DNA from: an uncultured Candidatus Saccharibacteria bacterium
Lineage (GTDB): Bacteria; Patescibacteriota; Doudnabacteria; UBA920
Length of the DNA stretch: 64,000 nt
Assembly (NCBI GenBank): GCA_964384035.1
Contig: CAYLIB010000005.1
Span: forward strand, 41,107 to 105,106
Reading direction: 5' to 3'
In this document: one piece after another, positions 27,215-36,328 of the stretch
How the letters are laid out: each line of letters starts with the position of its first letter
How positions within the stretch are numbered: the first letter of the stretch is position 1
Made by a program: the position numbers and the translations under genes
The notes under the pieces: model-generated
Told to the model about the DNA's origin: nothing
Database searches by the model: none
What the model saw: only the letters and a program-made list of their open reading frames with translations

Positions 27215-29254
27215 ATGTACTCACAACCTGAGCGGGGATACGATAACTCTAAGCATAATAGAATTGAAGAATTTCAGAGTGCGGGTTTTTCCGACGGAGA
27301 CTTGGTAGTGTTAAGAATTGGTTTGGTGGGAAAAAATATTTATAAGTTAGAATTCAACGAAGACTCAGCTTATCCGGTGAGATTGTTAAGTTATAATCCC
27401 GATACAGGCAATACTTATGGTAGTCCATTGGGATTGGAAGGGTTAAAGCCGGAGAGGTTAGAAAAATACAATCCAAATATAGAAAAACCAATTTCAGGTG
27501 AATTTATCGACCAATCTGTAGCAAGATTTAGTAAGTTATGGGATAGACCCCCATATCGTGATGAAAGGACTTGGAGGGATATTGCTGGAACAGTTAGATT
27601 GCTCAAGACATTAACTAAAGATCCTGGTTCTGCTTTTATAATTGATGATGAGTTAAAGGGATTAGTTTCGACTGATCCAACTTTTAACCAGCAAATGAAT
27701 GAACTTTTGCTTACTTTACAGATAGGAAGGCTTCCAAAGCAGGAACAGAAGGCAAGGATGGTAGATAGTTTAAAACAAGGTGACTTTGTGGTTATAGATT
27801 CTTTAAATGGGTTTAGGCAGATATTTTTGTGTCAGGGTGATTTATTTACAGAAATGCACGAAACCAAAAAGGTGATTACGGGAATTCTTGAACCACCCAA
27901 GAATAGAGTTGAAATGAATAGGTTTTTAGAAGAAAAATATGCAGAGGGTGCAGAAATTACGAAAGCGGATAATCTTATACAAGCCAGAACTACTAAGTCT
28001 AATTTTAGTGAATTAAAACAAAGAACTACTGAGGCTAATAGACAAATTGTTGCAAAATTAAGAGAAGGTGACTCAGTTCAAATAGGTAGAGTTGTCTACA
28101 CACTAGAAGAAAATAATAAGGTAATGAAGGAGATGTATGGCGAACATTTCACAGGTACTGCTATTGTTGAATTTATTACAAAGGAAGAATTTGTTCGTTT
28201 GGCTGAAAGCGGAGAAGTCAAATTAAATGTTGATTTCAAAAAACAGGAAGTAGAGATAAAAAATCCTGATATAGGAAAAGATATAGATGCAGAGAAAAAT
28301 GCTTTGGAGCTTATAAACGCAGGTTTTTTTAAAAGTGGTGAGGGTTGGATACCTCATGCTTTAGAGAAGCGAGAAAGGGCGATTTTAAATAAGTATTCAG
28401 GTAAAACAAAAGAGGTCTTAGAGGAGATAATTACAAGTCCTTCAGCGCAAAGGGCTAGGGCTATTTGTTATTTTGTATCAGCGTTGCAGGAGATAAAATA
28501 TCAGGACCCAGAGATGTTTCTTCAGACATCTGCTAGGTCGATTAGAATTAAAGATGGGAAAGTTCAAGCAAGAGTATTGGGTTTGGTTGAAAGTATGTCG
28601 CCGGAAGATTGTAGAAAAATTTTAGGAGACAAAGACGGGTGGATATCAGTAGACTCAGAGGTTTTAAATTCTACGATAAGTACATATTCATTTAGTGACC
28701 AAGCAAGTATTTATTTGGAATATGCATTTCGCTCTACTGTATCCAGAATAAAAAATTCAAAAAAAGGAAGTACGGAAAGTTTGGATGAAAGAGGTCTAAG
28801 ACCTTACGAAGAAGGGAATGCACATAGGGCACTCCATTGGATACTTTCTTCCGAGGTTGCACAAAAAGTGAAAATAGGAAAGAATCAATTTGCTTTACGG
28901 TTAACGGACGAACTGCGAAGTGCCGAAGAATTTGTTTTCAATAAATTACATTTAGCTGATGATGGGAAGCTTCCTGAGTATTTTGTAACATTAAGCTCAC
29001 CTTTTTTCATGAGAGAAGAAGATGGCTCAGAGAAAGGGGTTATTTTTGGGGAGTTACAAGACGGAAAAAATTATATTATTTATAAACATAGTTATCCTAT
29101 AATTTCAGTTCAAGGATCTAGAATTCAATTAACCAATATTCAAAATTCTGTGGGTAAGCCGGTTGAAATTACAAGAAATGACTTTGGAAGAATGATTTCT
29201 TCAGTACAGGCGGTGAAAATAAAAAAACGCTATCCAGCACTTAAGCTAGGATAG
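27215..29254 (+). CDS. Large soluble protein of unknown function
   Basis: 679 aa, no TM or signal, no motif recognised. 3' end overlaps the convergent fmt by 14 nt. Confidence 0.5.
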   Translation: MYSQPERGYDNSKHNRIEEFQSAGFSDGDLVVLRIGLVGKNIYKLEFNEDSAYPVRLLSYNPDTGNTYGSPLGLEGLKPERLEKYNPNIEKPISGEFIDQSVARFSKLWDRPPYRDERTWRDIAGTVRLLKTLTKDPGSAFIIDDELKGLVSTDPTFNQQMNELLLTLQIGRLPKQEQKARMVDSLKQGDFVVIDSLNGFRQIFLCQGDLFTEMHETKKVITGILEPPKNRVEMNRFLEEKYAEGAEITKADNLIQARTTKSNFSELKQRTTEANRQIVAKLREGDSVQIGRVVYTLEENNKVMKEMYGEHFTGTAIVEFITKEEFVRLAESGEVKLNVDFKKQEVEIKNPDIGKDIDAEKNALELINAGFFKSGEGWIPHALEKRERAILNKYSGKTKEVLEEIITSPSAQRARAICYFVSALQEIKYQDPEMFLQTSARSIRIKDGKVQARVLGLVESMSPEDCRKILGDKDGWISVDSEVLNSTISTYSFSDQASIYLEYAFRSTVSRIKNSKKGSTESLDERGLRPYEEGNAHRALHWILSSEVAQKVKIGKNQFALRLTDELRSAEEFVFNKLHLADDGKLPEYFVTLSSPFFMREEDGSEKGVIFGELQDGKNYIIYKHSYPIISVQGSRIQLTNIQNSVGKPVEITRNDFGRMISSVQAVKIKKRYPALKLG

Positions 29255-30167
29255 AGTTTTCGAAACTTTTATTTCCATTTAGAAAGCTATCTATTGTGAC
29301 AGGATTTTTACCAGCGAGTTGTAATTCATGAATGTATAAAAGTGTTCCTTGACCGCAAGAAATTATTCCATTGGGATTAACTGTTCCGACCGGTTTGGGG
29401 TTTGGATCAATTTCTGTAATAGCTTGGCAGCCCAAGATTTTAATATTTGTATTCTGCCATGTGGTCCAGATTCCTGGCCATGGGTAAAGGGCTCTAAATT
29501 GATTATGTATTTGTTCCGCAGTCTTATTCCAGTCGATCCTGCCATCGTTTTTAGTCAATATTTTTGTATAAGTTGCTTCGGTTTCGTTTTGTGGTACAGG
29601 TTTAATGTTTCCAGATTCGATATCTATGAGGGTATTGAGTAGAAGCTTGCTTGAAATTCTAGCCGCTCTTTCCGAGAGAGTGATTAGGGTATCGTCTTCG
29701 TCGATAGGCAAGCTTTCGCTAGAAATTATTTCCCCTCGGTCCATTTTTTCATCTAAGAAGAATATAGTTGAGCCCGTGCTTTTTTCTCCGTTTAAAAGAG
29801 CGAATTGTAACGGAGAAGCTCCCCTGTATTTAGGTAAGAGTGAAAAATGTACGTTAATAGTTTTGAATTTAGGTAAATTTATCATTTCGAGTGGTAATAT
29901 TTTACCATAAGACACTACAACGAAAATATCCGCGTTGATATTTTTTAATCTTTCTAAAAGTAGGGGATTATTTTTTACCTGTTCGGGCTTAAGAGTTTCG
30001 AGGTTTAACTCCTTGGCAAGAGCGGAAACCGGACTCTCTTGAAGTATTTGTTTTTTTCCTACTGGTGCGTCGGGGTTAGTAATTACTGCTAATACTTTAT
30101 GGTAAGTGTTAAGAGCTTCCAGGGCTGGGAGAGCAACATTAGAGGTTCCGAAAAAAACTATTTTCAT
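29241..30167 (-). CDS. fmt: Methionyl-tRNA formyltransferase
   Basis: MKIVFFGTS...NVHFSLLPKYRGASPLQFALLNGEKSTGSTIFF. Confidence 0.85.
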   Translation of the reverse strand: MKIVFFGTSNVALPALEALNTYHKVLAVITNPDAPVGKKQILQESPVSALAKELNLETLKPEQVKNNPLLLERLKNINADIFVVVSYGKILPLEMINLPKFKTINVHFSLLPKYRGASPLQFALLNGEKSTGSTIFFLDEKMDRGEIISSESLPIDEDDTLITLSERAARISSKLLLNTLIDIESGNIKPVPQNETEATYTKILTKNDGRIDWNKTAEQIHNQFRALYPWPGIWTTWQNTNIKILGCQAITEIDPNPKPVGTVNPNGIISCGQGTLLYIHELQLAGKNPVTIDSFLNGNKSFENSILA

Positions 30168-30724
30168 ATTTCGTTAATTAGGTGTCTTAGTAATTCTGCT
30201 TCCAATCTGCAATCGAATAATGCGTCGTGACGCTTGCCAGAAATTTTAATTTTATATTTTTTTTGAAGCTCGTCCATTGAGAAGCCATTAAATCTTTTTT
30301 TGTTAGTGAGTTTATTTTTTTTAGCCAATATAGGAAATGCAAATGACCAAATGTTGAAAATATGATAATCGTAAGGATAGGGGATTTTAACCTTTGAAAA
30401 TGCTTCTTGTAAAAATATGCTATCTAGAGTCCCACCCCAGACTGTAATTATGGCAGGTGTGTTGTAGATATTTACAAATTCAGTTATGGCCTCTTTTAAG
30501 CTAGGGGCGTCTTCAAGTATGGGTTTTGATATTCCATTTATTTTCATGGATACAGGATCCCTATTTTCCCACTTCTTTGGTTTTATGTATGTCATAAAAC
30601 TTTGTTTTTCTTCTAGTGTTTCCTTGTCGAGTAATATGCTTCCAATTTGAATAATTTCGTTTTTAGAAATATCCAAGCCGGTCATTTCTAAGTCTATTAA
30701 AAGAAGGTCGTTTTTGAAATTCAT
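30164..30724 (-). CDS. DnaQ-like (DEDDh) 3'-5' exonuclease
   Basis: Exo I LLIDLEMTGLD; Exo III HDALFDCRLEAELL. Lies between def and fmt. Confidence 0.6.
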   Translation of the reverse strand: MNFKNDLLLIDLEMTGLDISKNEIIQIGSILLDKETLEEKQSFMTYIKPKKWENRDPVSMKINGISKPILEDAPSLKEAITEFVNIYNTPAIITVWGGTLDSIFLQEAFSKVKIPYPYDYHIFNIWSFAFPILAKKNKLTNKKRFNGFSMDELQKKYKIKISGKRHDALFDCRLEAELLRHLINEI

Positions 30725-30835
30725 TTTTTGAATGAAGAATTAAGAATGAAGTATGAAAAATAAAGAAAGAAGAATGAAGAATTGGTATGCAAATGAGATT
30801 TTTCGTTATTCTTCATTAGTCATTCGTTATTCTAA
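30725..30835. repeat. GAATGAAGAAT-word repeat element with internal inverted repeat
   Basis: GAATGAAGAATTAAGAATGAAG ... GAAGAATGAAGAATT ... CGTTATTCTTCATT; shares an 18-mer (1 mismatch) with 57528-57545. Confidence 0.45.
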
Positions 30836-30836
30836 C

Positions 30837-31373
30837 TCAGGCATGTCCAATTATTTTTTTAAAAACTATGGTACAGGCTCGCGCTCTTTCTATGGCGTTA
30901 TTCTGACTAACTTGTTTTATTCTGAAATGGTCAAGTAGGGTGTTAAGAGTAGGCATCTTTTTTATACCATATGAAAGTGCATATATGTATTCCAGAGTCC
31001 AAAGTTCAATAACATGATTATCGTAGTCATAAGGGATGTTTGCTTTTTTAAAAGCATTACGTAGAAAAAAAAGATTTTGAACATTATGGGTCGCTAGTAG
31101 TAGATCGTTTCCGAATTGGTCGTAAAATTTTTTTGCAACTTCATAAATTTTGGAACTTTTTTTCATAACCTCATCTGGTATTTCTAAAAGTTGGGCGTGT
31201 TTATGAATGGTGCTTTCTAATAAACTAACTCTGACATAACTATTGAAGTTTGCTTTTTCGAGAAGGTTATCTTTATCTAGTAAGATAGCAGAGAGCTGAA
31301 TGATAGAGTCTTTGTCTGTATCTGGACCAGTTGTTGTTGTTTCTATAAAAAGAATATCTTTTATAAATTTCAT
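30837..31373 (-). CDS. DnaQ-like exonuclease paralog, catalytically degenerate
   Basis: Same length and fold pattern as 30164-30724, but Exo I reads FIETTTTGPD (first Asp lost) and Exo III NAIERARA (His to Asn, Asp to Glu). Confidence 0.5.
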   Translation of the reverse strand: MKFIKDILFIETTTTGPDTDKDSIIQLSAILLDKDNLLEKANFNSYVRVSLLESTIHKHAQLLEIPDEVMKKSSKIYEVAKKFYDQFGNDLLLATHNVQNLFFLRNAFKKANIPYDYDNHVIELWTLEYIYALSYGIKKMPTLNTLLDHFRIKQVSQNNAIERARACTIVFKKIIGHA

Positions 31374-31864
31374 TGATCAGAATATTTCTTAACTAAATCC
31401 GCCCCTTGTGTGATTTTATTCAACTTGTCGATTATGAGTGTTTGCTTTAAGTGGTCGACTTCATGTTGAATTACCCTGGCTATCCATCCGTCGTCAGAAA
31501 GTTTTTGAACTTTTCCTTCAAGGTCTTGAAACTCCACTGTTATTTTTTTTGGTCTGGTAACTTCTCCGAACAGTCCTGGTAGAGAAAGGCATCCTTCTTC
31601 TATAATGGCGACTTCTTTCGAGGTTTTCGTAATTTTGGGATTGATAATAGCAAAAGGTGGAACTCCTGCGTGCTCTAAATAGATTATTGCTAAATTTAGG
31701 TTCACTCCTACTTGTGGTGCTGCAAGTCCGATACCATCTACGGATTTTACAGTCTCGAGCATATCTTTAAGTAAAGTTTTTACCTCTTTAGATAATGGAT
31801 AGGAAACATCTGGATTTGAGTGTCTTAAAACTCTTGATGGGAGTTTGCTAATTTTTAGTTTCAT
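31370..31864 (-). CDS. def: Peptide deformylase
   Basis: GIGLAAPQVG, EGCLSLPG, QHEVDHL metal-binding motifs. Confidence 0.85.
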   Translation of the reverse strand: MKLKISKLPSRVLRHSNPDVSYPLSKEVKTLLKDMLETVKSVDGIGLAAPQVGVNLNLAIIYLEHAGVPPFAIINPKITKTSKEVAIIEEGCLSLPGLFGEVTRPKKITVEFQDLEGKVQKLSDDGWIARVIQHEVDHLKQTLIIDKLNKITQGADLVKKYSDQ

Positions 31865-32138
31865 TTCCGTCTTCTTTCAGTTTAATGGTGTGTTGTTTTA
31901 GTAAGTATGTAAATAATCTTCCTGGTGTGGTGATGTTTTTAGATTCAAGTACCTGTCCGAGTATCATTCGGAGGATTGCGTGGTCATGTATATAAGTCAT
32001 TTTAAGATAATAACCAAAGTGAGATTTGTCTCTAAGTTTGGTTGCTAGCTCGTCTGCAAGGAGGTGACTGGCTGTATGCAAATGAGGGTTTTTTTGAGCC
32101 TTTTTTGCAGGATTTAGTTTGTGTTCTTTGAAGTCCAT
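31848..32138 (-). CDS. Small hypothetical protein
   Basis: ORF trimmed to the internal start MDFKEHKL... (complement 32136-32138) to avoid overlap with the divergent 32164 gene. No motif. Confidence 0.3.
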   Translation of the reverse strand: MDFKEHKLNPAKKAQKNPHLHTASHLLADELATKLRDKSHFGYYLKMTYIHDHAILRMILGQVLESKNITTPGRLFTYLLKQHTIKLKEDGNETKN

Positions 32139-32163
32139 ATAATCTACTTTATAATCATTATAT

Positions 32164-33468
32164 ATGAATATTATCGATATTGCAGGTGTACCTGTAAATA
32201 ATGAATTAAAAGTTAAAATACTTGAGAATATTGAACAGCGTTTAGACAAAAATCTTAAGACTTTTGTTATAACTCCTTATTCAGAGTTTATTTATGGTGC
32301 TTTTGAGAGAGAGGAAGTGAAAGCGGTTTTAGCTAAAGCAGATGTATCTATTGCAGATGGGATTGGGGTTTTTATTGCTTATAATTTTTTGCAGATACCG
32401 TTTAGAATAAAGTCCTTTTATGGAAAGATTATGGAAGCGCTCATGCAGATGGTTTATGTTTTGGTATCAGCACTTTTAAAGCTTAATTCTCTATATAAAT
32501 ATATACCTGAAAAAATAGTAGGAGCTGATTTTTTTTGGGATCTAGTTAAAATAGCAAACAATAGGGATTTGTCGCTTTATTTTTTGGGTGGATTTAACAA
32601 TACTCCACAATTGGTATCTGAGGTTGTAAAGAAAAGGTTCCCAAATATCAAAATAGCTGGGTACTCTACATTAGGTCCTAATGAAATTAGTCTAGGTGAT
32701 ATTAATAAAGCAAAGGCAGATTTTTTATTTGTTGCTTATGGACCTTTAGTGCAAGAAAGGTGGATTTCACAGAATATAGATAAATTAGACTCTAAAGTAT
32801 TAATGGGGGTTGGTGGAACTTTCGATTATATAGCAGGATTAAAAAAAGCACCCACAGGTTTTATAAGGAAGAATGGATTTGAATGGTTGTATAGATTGTT
32901 TACACAGAAGGGGCGTTCTAGAAGAGTGTGGAACGCTACTTTTGGTTTAATAAAAGGTCTTATACGTTTTAAAGTTTACGAAAGCATGCCTTTTCGTAAA
33001 AATGTTTTGGCGGTGATTATAAAAAACAACTTAATATTAGTTTGTAAACGCAAACCGATTCCTAATAATGAGTTTGGTATGTCGTTCGTGGATTATTGGC
33101 AGTTTCCCCAGGGAGGATTAGAGGTAAATGAAAGTATAGAAATAGGCGCGAGGAGAGAGGTAGAGGAAGAAACAGGATTAACTAAACTAAAATTTTTAGG
33201 TATTTCTGAGAATGAATATTCTTATAAATGGCACAATGCGCGAAGGTCGTTGTCTAGTTTAAAGAAATATAGATTTAAAGGTCAGAGTCAGACTATTGTT
33301 TTTTTTGAACTAATTGAGGAACAGCAAGTAAAATTAGATAATAGAGAATTCGAAGATTTTAAATGGGTGAAAGAAGAGGAATTCGAAAAAGTTATTAACA
33401 GGGAAAGATTTGGAACTCTACCATTAATAAGATCTGGTTTGGTAAAGTTGCAGAAAAATGAAGTTTAG
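32164..33468 (+). CDS. WecG/TagA/CpsF-family glycosyltransferase fused to a C-terminal NUDIX hydrolase domain
   Basis: N-terminal about 260 aa TagA-like (VITPYSEF...ADVSIADGIGV...FLGGFNNT...VLMGVGGTFDYIAG); C-terminal Nudix box QGGLEVNESIEIGARREVEEETGL. Confidence 0.6.
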   Translation: MNIIDIAGVPVNNELKVKILENIEQRLDKNLKTFVITPYSEFIYGAFEREEVKAVLAKADVSIADGIGVFIAYNFLQIPFRIKSFYGKIMEALMQMVYVLVSALLKLNSLYKYIPEKIVGADFFWDLVKIANNRDLSLYFLGGFNNTPQLVSEVVKKRFPNIKIAGYSTLGPNEISLGDINKAKADFLFVAYGPLVQERWISQNIDKLDSKVLMGVGGTFDYIAGLKKAPTGFIRKNGFEWLYRLFTQKGRSRRVWNATFGLIKGLIRFKVYESMPFRKNVLAVIIKNNLILVCKRKPIPNNEFGMSFVDYWQFPQGGLEVNESIEIGARREVEEETGLTKLKFLGISENEYSYKWHNARRSLSSLKKYRFKGQSQTIVFFELIEEQQVKLDNREFEDFKWVKEEEFEKVINRERFGTLPLIRSGLVKLQKNEV

Positions 33469-33489
33469 GTTATTGTTAGGATTATTTAT

Positions 33490-35004
33490 ATGAGTGAAAA
33501 AAAGTATAGAACTAGGTTCGCGCCAAGCCCTACGGGTTATGTGCATATTGGTAGTCTTCGCACTGCTCTTTTTAGTTTTTTATTTGCGAGAAGCACCGGT
33601 GGTGTAAATGTTTTAAGAATAGAAGATACGGATCAGAATAGGTTTGTAGAAGGTGCTGTTGAGAATCTTATACAGATTTTAAATAGTATAGGAATAGTAT
33701 TTGATGAAGGTTTAACTTTACAGAATGATAAGCTAGTAGAAAAAGGTGAGTATGGTCCATATACTCAGTCGAAAAGACTTAATATTTACAAAGAGAATGT
33801 TTTAAGGTTGGTAGCTGAAAAAAAAGCTTATTACTGTTTTTGTAGTGAAACCAGATTAGATGAACTTAGGCGAGAACAAATAGCGCTTAAGAAACCTCCG
33901 ATGTATGATAGGTTTTGCAGAAAATTTTCTGATTTTGAAGTGGAAAAAAAATTACAAGAGTTTGAGGGAATGCACATGAGGCCAGTTATTAGGCAGGCAA
34001 TTCCAGAAGAGGGCCAGACAATAATCAAAGACATAATCTATGGAGATATAGCTGTAGAAAATAGAGTCTTAGATGATCAAGTGTTGTTAAAGTCGGATGG
34101 ATATCCCACCTATCACTTAGCTGTTGTAATTGATGATCATTTTATGGAAATTACTCATGTGATAAGGGGTGAGGAATGGATTTCTTCTACACCAAAACAT
34201 ATTTTGTTATATAAGGCTTTTGGTTGGGAGCCAACACAGTTTGCACATTTGCCACTCATTACGAATCCCGATAAAACAAAGCTTAGTAAAAGACAGGGAG
34301 ATGTATCAGTAGAAAGTTATTTAGACAAAGGATTTTTAAAAGATGCGCTTGTTAATTTTGTAGCTTTTTTGGGATGGAATCCTAAAACTGAAAGAGAAAT
34401 ATTTTCTATTGAAGACTTGATTTCTGAATTTGATCTTGCAAAAGTGAACAAAGCAAGTGCGGTTTTTGATATAGACAAACTTGAGTGGATGAACGGTTTA
34501 TATATTAGGAAGATGGAAATTGGTTCTTTGGTAGAGCAGTTATTACCTTATTGGAATAAAGCTGGTGTAGAGACCCAAAAATATGCAAATGAATATTTGC
34601 ATATGATAGTTGAATTGGAAAAAGAAAGACTTAAAAAATTATCAGATATATTTGAGCGCACTAAATATTTTTTTACAGAGCCTGAATACGAGAGTGAACT
34701 TTTAATTTGGAAAAAAGCGAATGCCGAGGCTTGTAAATTGCATTTAGAAAAGCTTTCCTTATTTTTAGAGCGTTTATCTGACCAAGACTTCGAGAGAAAA
34801 ACGTTAGAAGAGAAAGTGAAATTATTTATTACTGATAATGAGTTAGATAATGGAACTGTATTGTGGCCGCTGAGAGTATCGCTAACAGGTCTTACTGCCT
34901 CACCAGGCCCTTTTGAAGTAGCGTCTACTATTGTTTTTGGTCTAGGAAAAGAAGTTGTCTTGAAAAGAATTGGGAAAGCAATACAGAAACTTCAAAATTT
35001 GTAG
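33490..35004 (+). CDS. gltX: Glutamyl-tRNA synthetase
   Basis: RFAPSPTGYVHIGSLRTALF (HIGH); KLSKRQG (KMSKS); 504 aa. Confidence 0.9.
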   Translation: MSEKKYRTRFAPSPTGYVHIGSLRTALFSFLFARSTGGVNVLRIEDTDQNRFVEGAVENLIQILNSIGIVFDEGLTLQNDKLVEKGEYGPYTQSKRLNIYKENVLRLVAEKKAYYCFCSETRLDELRREQIALKKPPMYDRFCRKFSDFEVEKKLQEFEGMHMRPVIRQAIPEEGQTIIKDIIYGDIAVENRVLDDQVLLKSDGYPTYHLAVVIDDHFMEITHVIRGEEWISSTPKHILLYKAFGWEPTQFAHLPLITNPDKTKLSKRQGDVSVESYLDKGFLKDALVNFVAFLGWNPKTEREIFSIEDLISEFDLAKVNKASAVFDIDKLEWMNGLYIRKMEIGSLVEQLLPYWNKAGVETQKYANEYLHMIVELEKERLKKLSDIFERTKYFFTEPEYESELLIWKKANAEACKLHLEKLSLFLERLSDQDFERKTLEEKVKLFITDNELDNGTVLWPLRVSLTGLTASPGPFEVASTIVFGLGKEVVLKRIGKAIQKLQNL

Positions 35005-35019
35005 TATAATTAAGCAAGA

Positions 35020-36318
35020 ATGCATCTTGCTATGAATAAATTGAATCAGAAAAGAATTGGCCTATTTTTATTGTCGTTAATAGGTACTTTTTTTGTAATT
35101 ACTTCAGCAAAATCACAAACTGTAGACAATCTAAAAGACCAAAAAAATTTAGTTCAACAGAAATTAACCGAAATTAATAAACAAATTCAAGGCTTGCAAA
35201 AGCAAATTCAAGCAACTAGAAGCCAACAAGCAAGTTTAAAGAATGAGATTTCGATTTATGATAATCAAATTAGATCGACTCAATTAGCTATAGATGCCAA
35301 AAATACTCAAATTGAGGATACAAATCTCCAGATAAAGATTCTCTTAGAAGAGATTGATAAGAGGACTAAAGAGATAGAAGATAATAAAAAGATACTTGCC
35401 GATTTTTTAAGACAGTTACAGCAATTGGATAATAATTATGTTCTCAATGTTTCTTTTGGAAGTGACCAGTTTAGTGAGTTTTTGGATCAGGTTCAGTATA
35501 ATCAGAATATACAAGCAAAAGTACATTCCATAATCCAGAACATTAAAGAAATAAGAGAAAAGTTGAAAATTCAGGAAAAGGAATTAGAAGCAAAAAGGGC
35601 TGAGCTACAATCTTTAAAAGAACAACTTGAAGAAACAAAAGGCTCTTTAGTTACTCAAAGGGCAGGAAAAGAACAGTTGCTTTCTAGGACTAAGGGTTTA
35701 GAAAGGAATTACCAGACTCTATACTCTGCTTCTTCAAAAGAAGCTGCGGATCTTCAGAAAGAAGCGGATGAATTAGATAAGTCTATTGCAGAAAAACTTG
35801 GCAAGAGAACAATATCTCCAGGCAAGGGTTCTTTAGCAAAGCCTATGGATGGGATAATGACTCAAGGATATGGAAATACTGGATTTAGGGCTTTAGGGTA
35901 TAGTTTTCATAATGGTATTGATATAGCGGCTCCGGCAGGGGAGCCGGTGTATGCTGCGGGTGATGGCGTAGTGGTGGCGAGTGATACAGGTGAAGCTTCC
36001 TATGGTAATTGGATTGCTATAAAGCATTCAATTGTAACTAAAAATGGTCCTCGTGATATTATTAGTTTATATGGCCATTTAAGATCTATAAAAGTTAAAA
36101 TTGGCCAAACTGTAGAGCAGGGGACTTTAATCGGCTATGAAGGAAATACTGGAAATACTACTCGTTTGCTATATGGCCCTGAAAGAGGTTATCATTTACA
36201 CTTCACGATATTTGATGCAGAGGGTTTCGGTGTATCTCAAGGAAAATATACTAAAATATATGGTCCTTACACGGTACCTTATGGGTATACATATAATCCT
36301 TTAGACTTCCTGCAATAA
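35020..36318 (+). CDS. M23/LytM-family peptidase with N-terminal coiled coil (EnvC-like)
   Basis: Signal/TM; long coiled coil; C-terminal FHNGIDIAAPAGEPVYAAGDGVV...YGHL...HLHFTI (HxxxD, HxH). Confidence 0.75.
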   Translation: MHLAMNKLNQKRIGLFLLSLIGTFFVITSAKSQTVDNLKDQKNLVQQKLTEINKQIQGLQKQIQATRSQQASLKNEISIYDNQIRSTQLAIDAKNTQIEDTNLQIKILLEEIDKRTKEIEDNKKILADFLRQLQQLDNNYVLNVSFGSDQFSEFLDQVQYNQNIQAKVHSIIQNIKEIREKLKIQEKELEAKRAELQSLKEQLEETKGSLVTQRAGKEQLLSRTKGLERNYQTLYSASSKEAADLQKEADELDKSIAEKLGKRTISPGKGSLAKPMDGIMTQGYGNTGFRALGYSFHNGIDIAAPAGEPVYAAGDGVVVASDTGEASYGNWIAIKHSIVTKNGPRDIISLYGHLRSIKVKIGQTVEQGTLIGYEGNTGNTTRLLYGPERGYHLHFTIFDAEGFGVSQGKYTKIYGPYTVPYGYTYNPLDFLQ

Positions 36319-36328
36319 TAAATTACTA

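Noticed and set aside
30753-30938. 61-aa + strand ORF
   Set aside because: Runs through the GAATGAAGAAT repeat element and into the 3' end of the 30837 gene; the product is repeat-derived (MKNKERRMKNW...).
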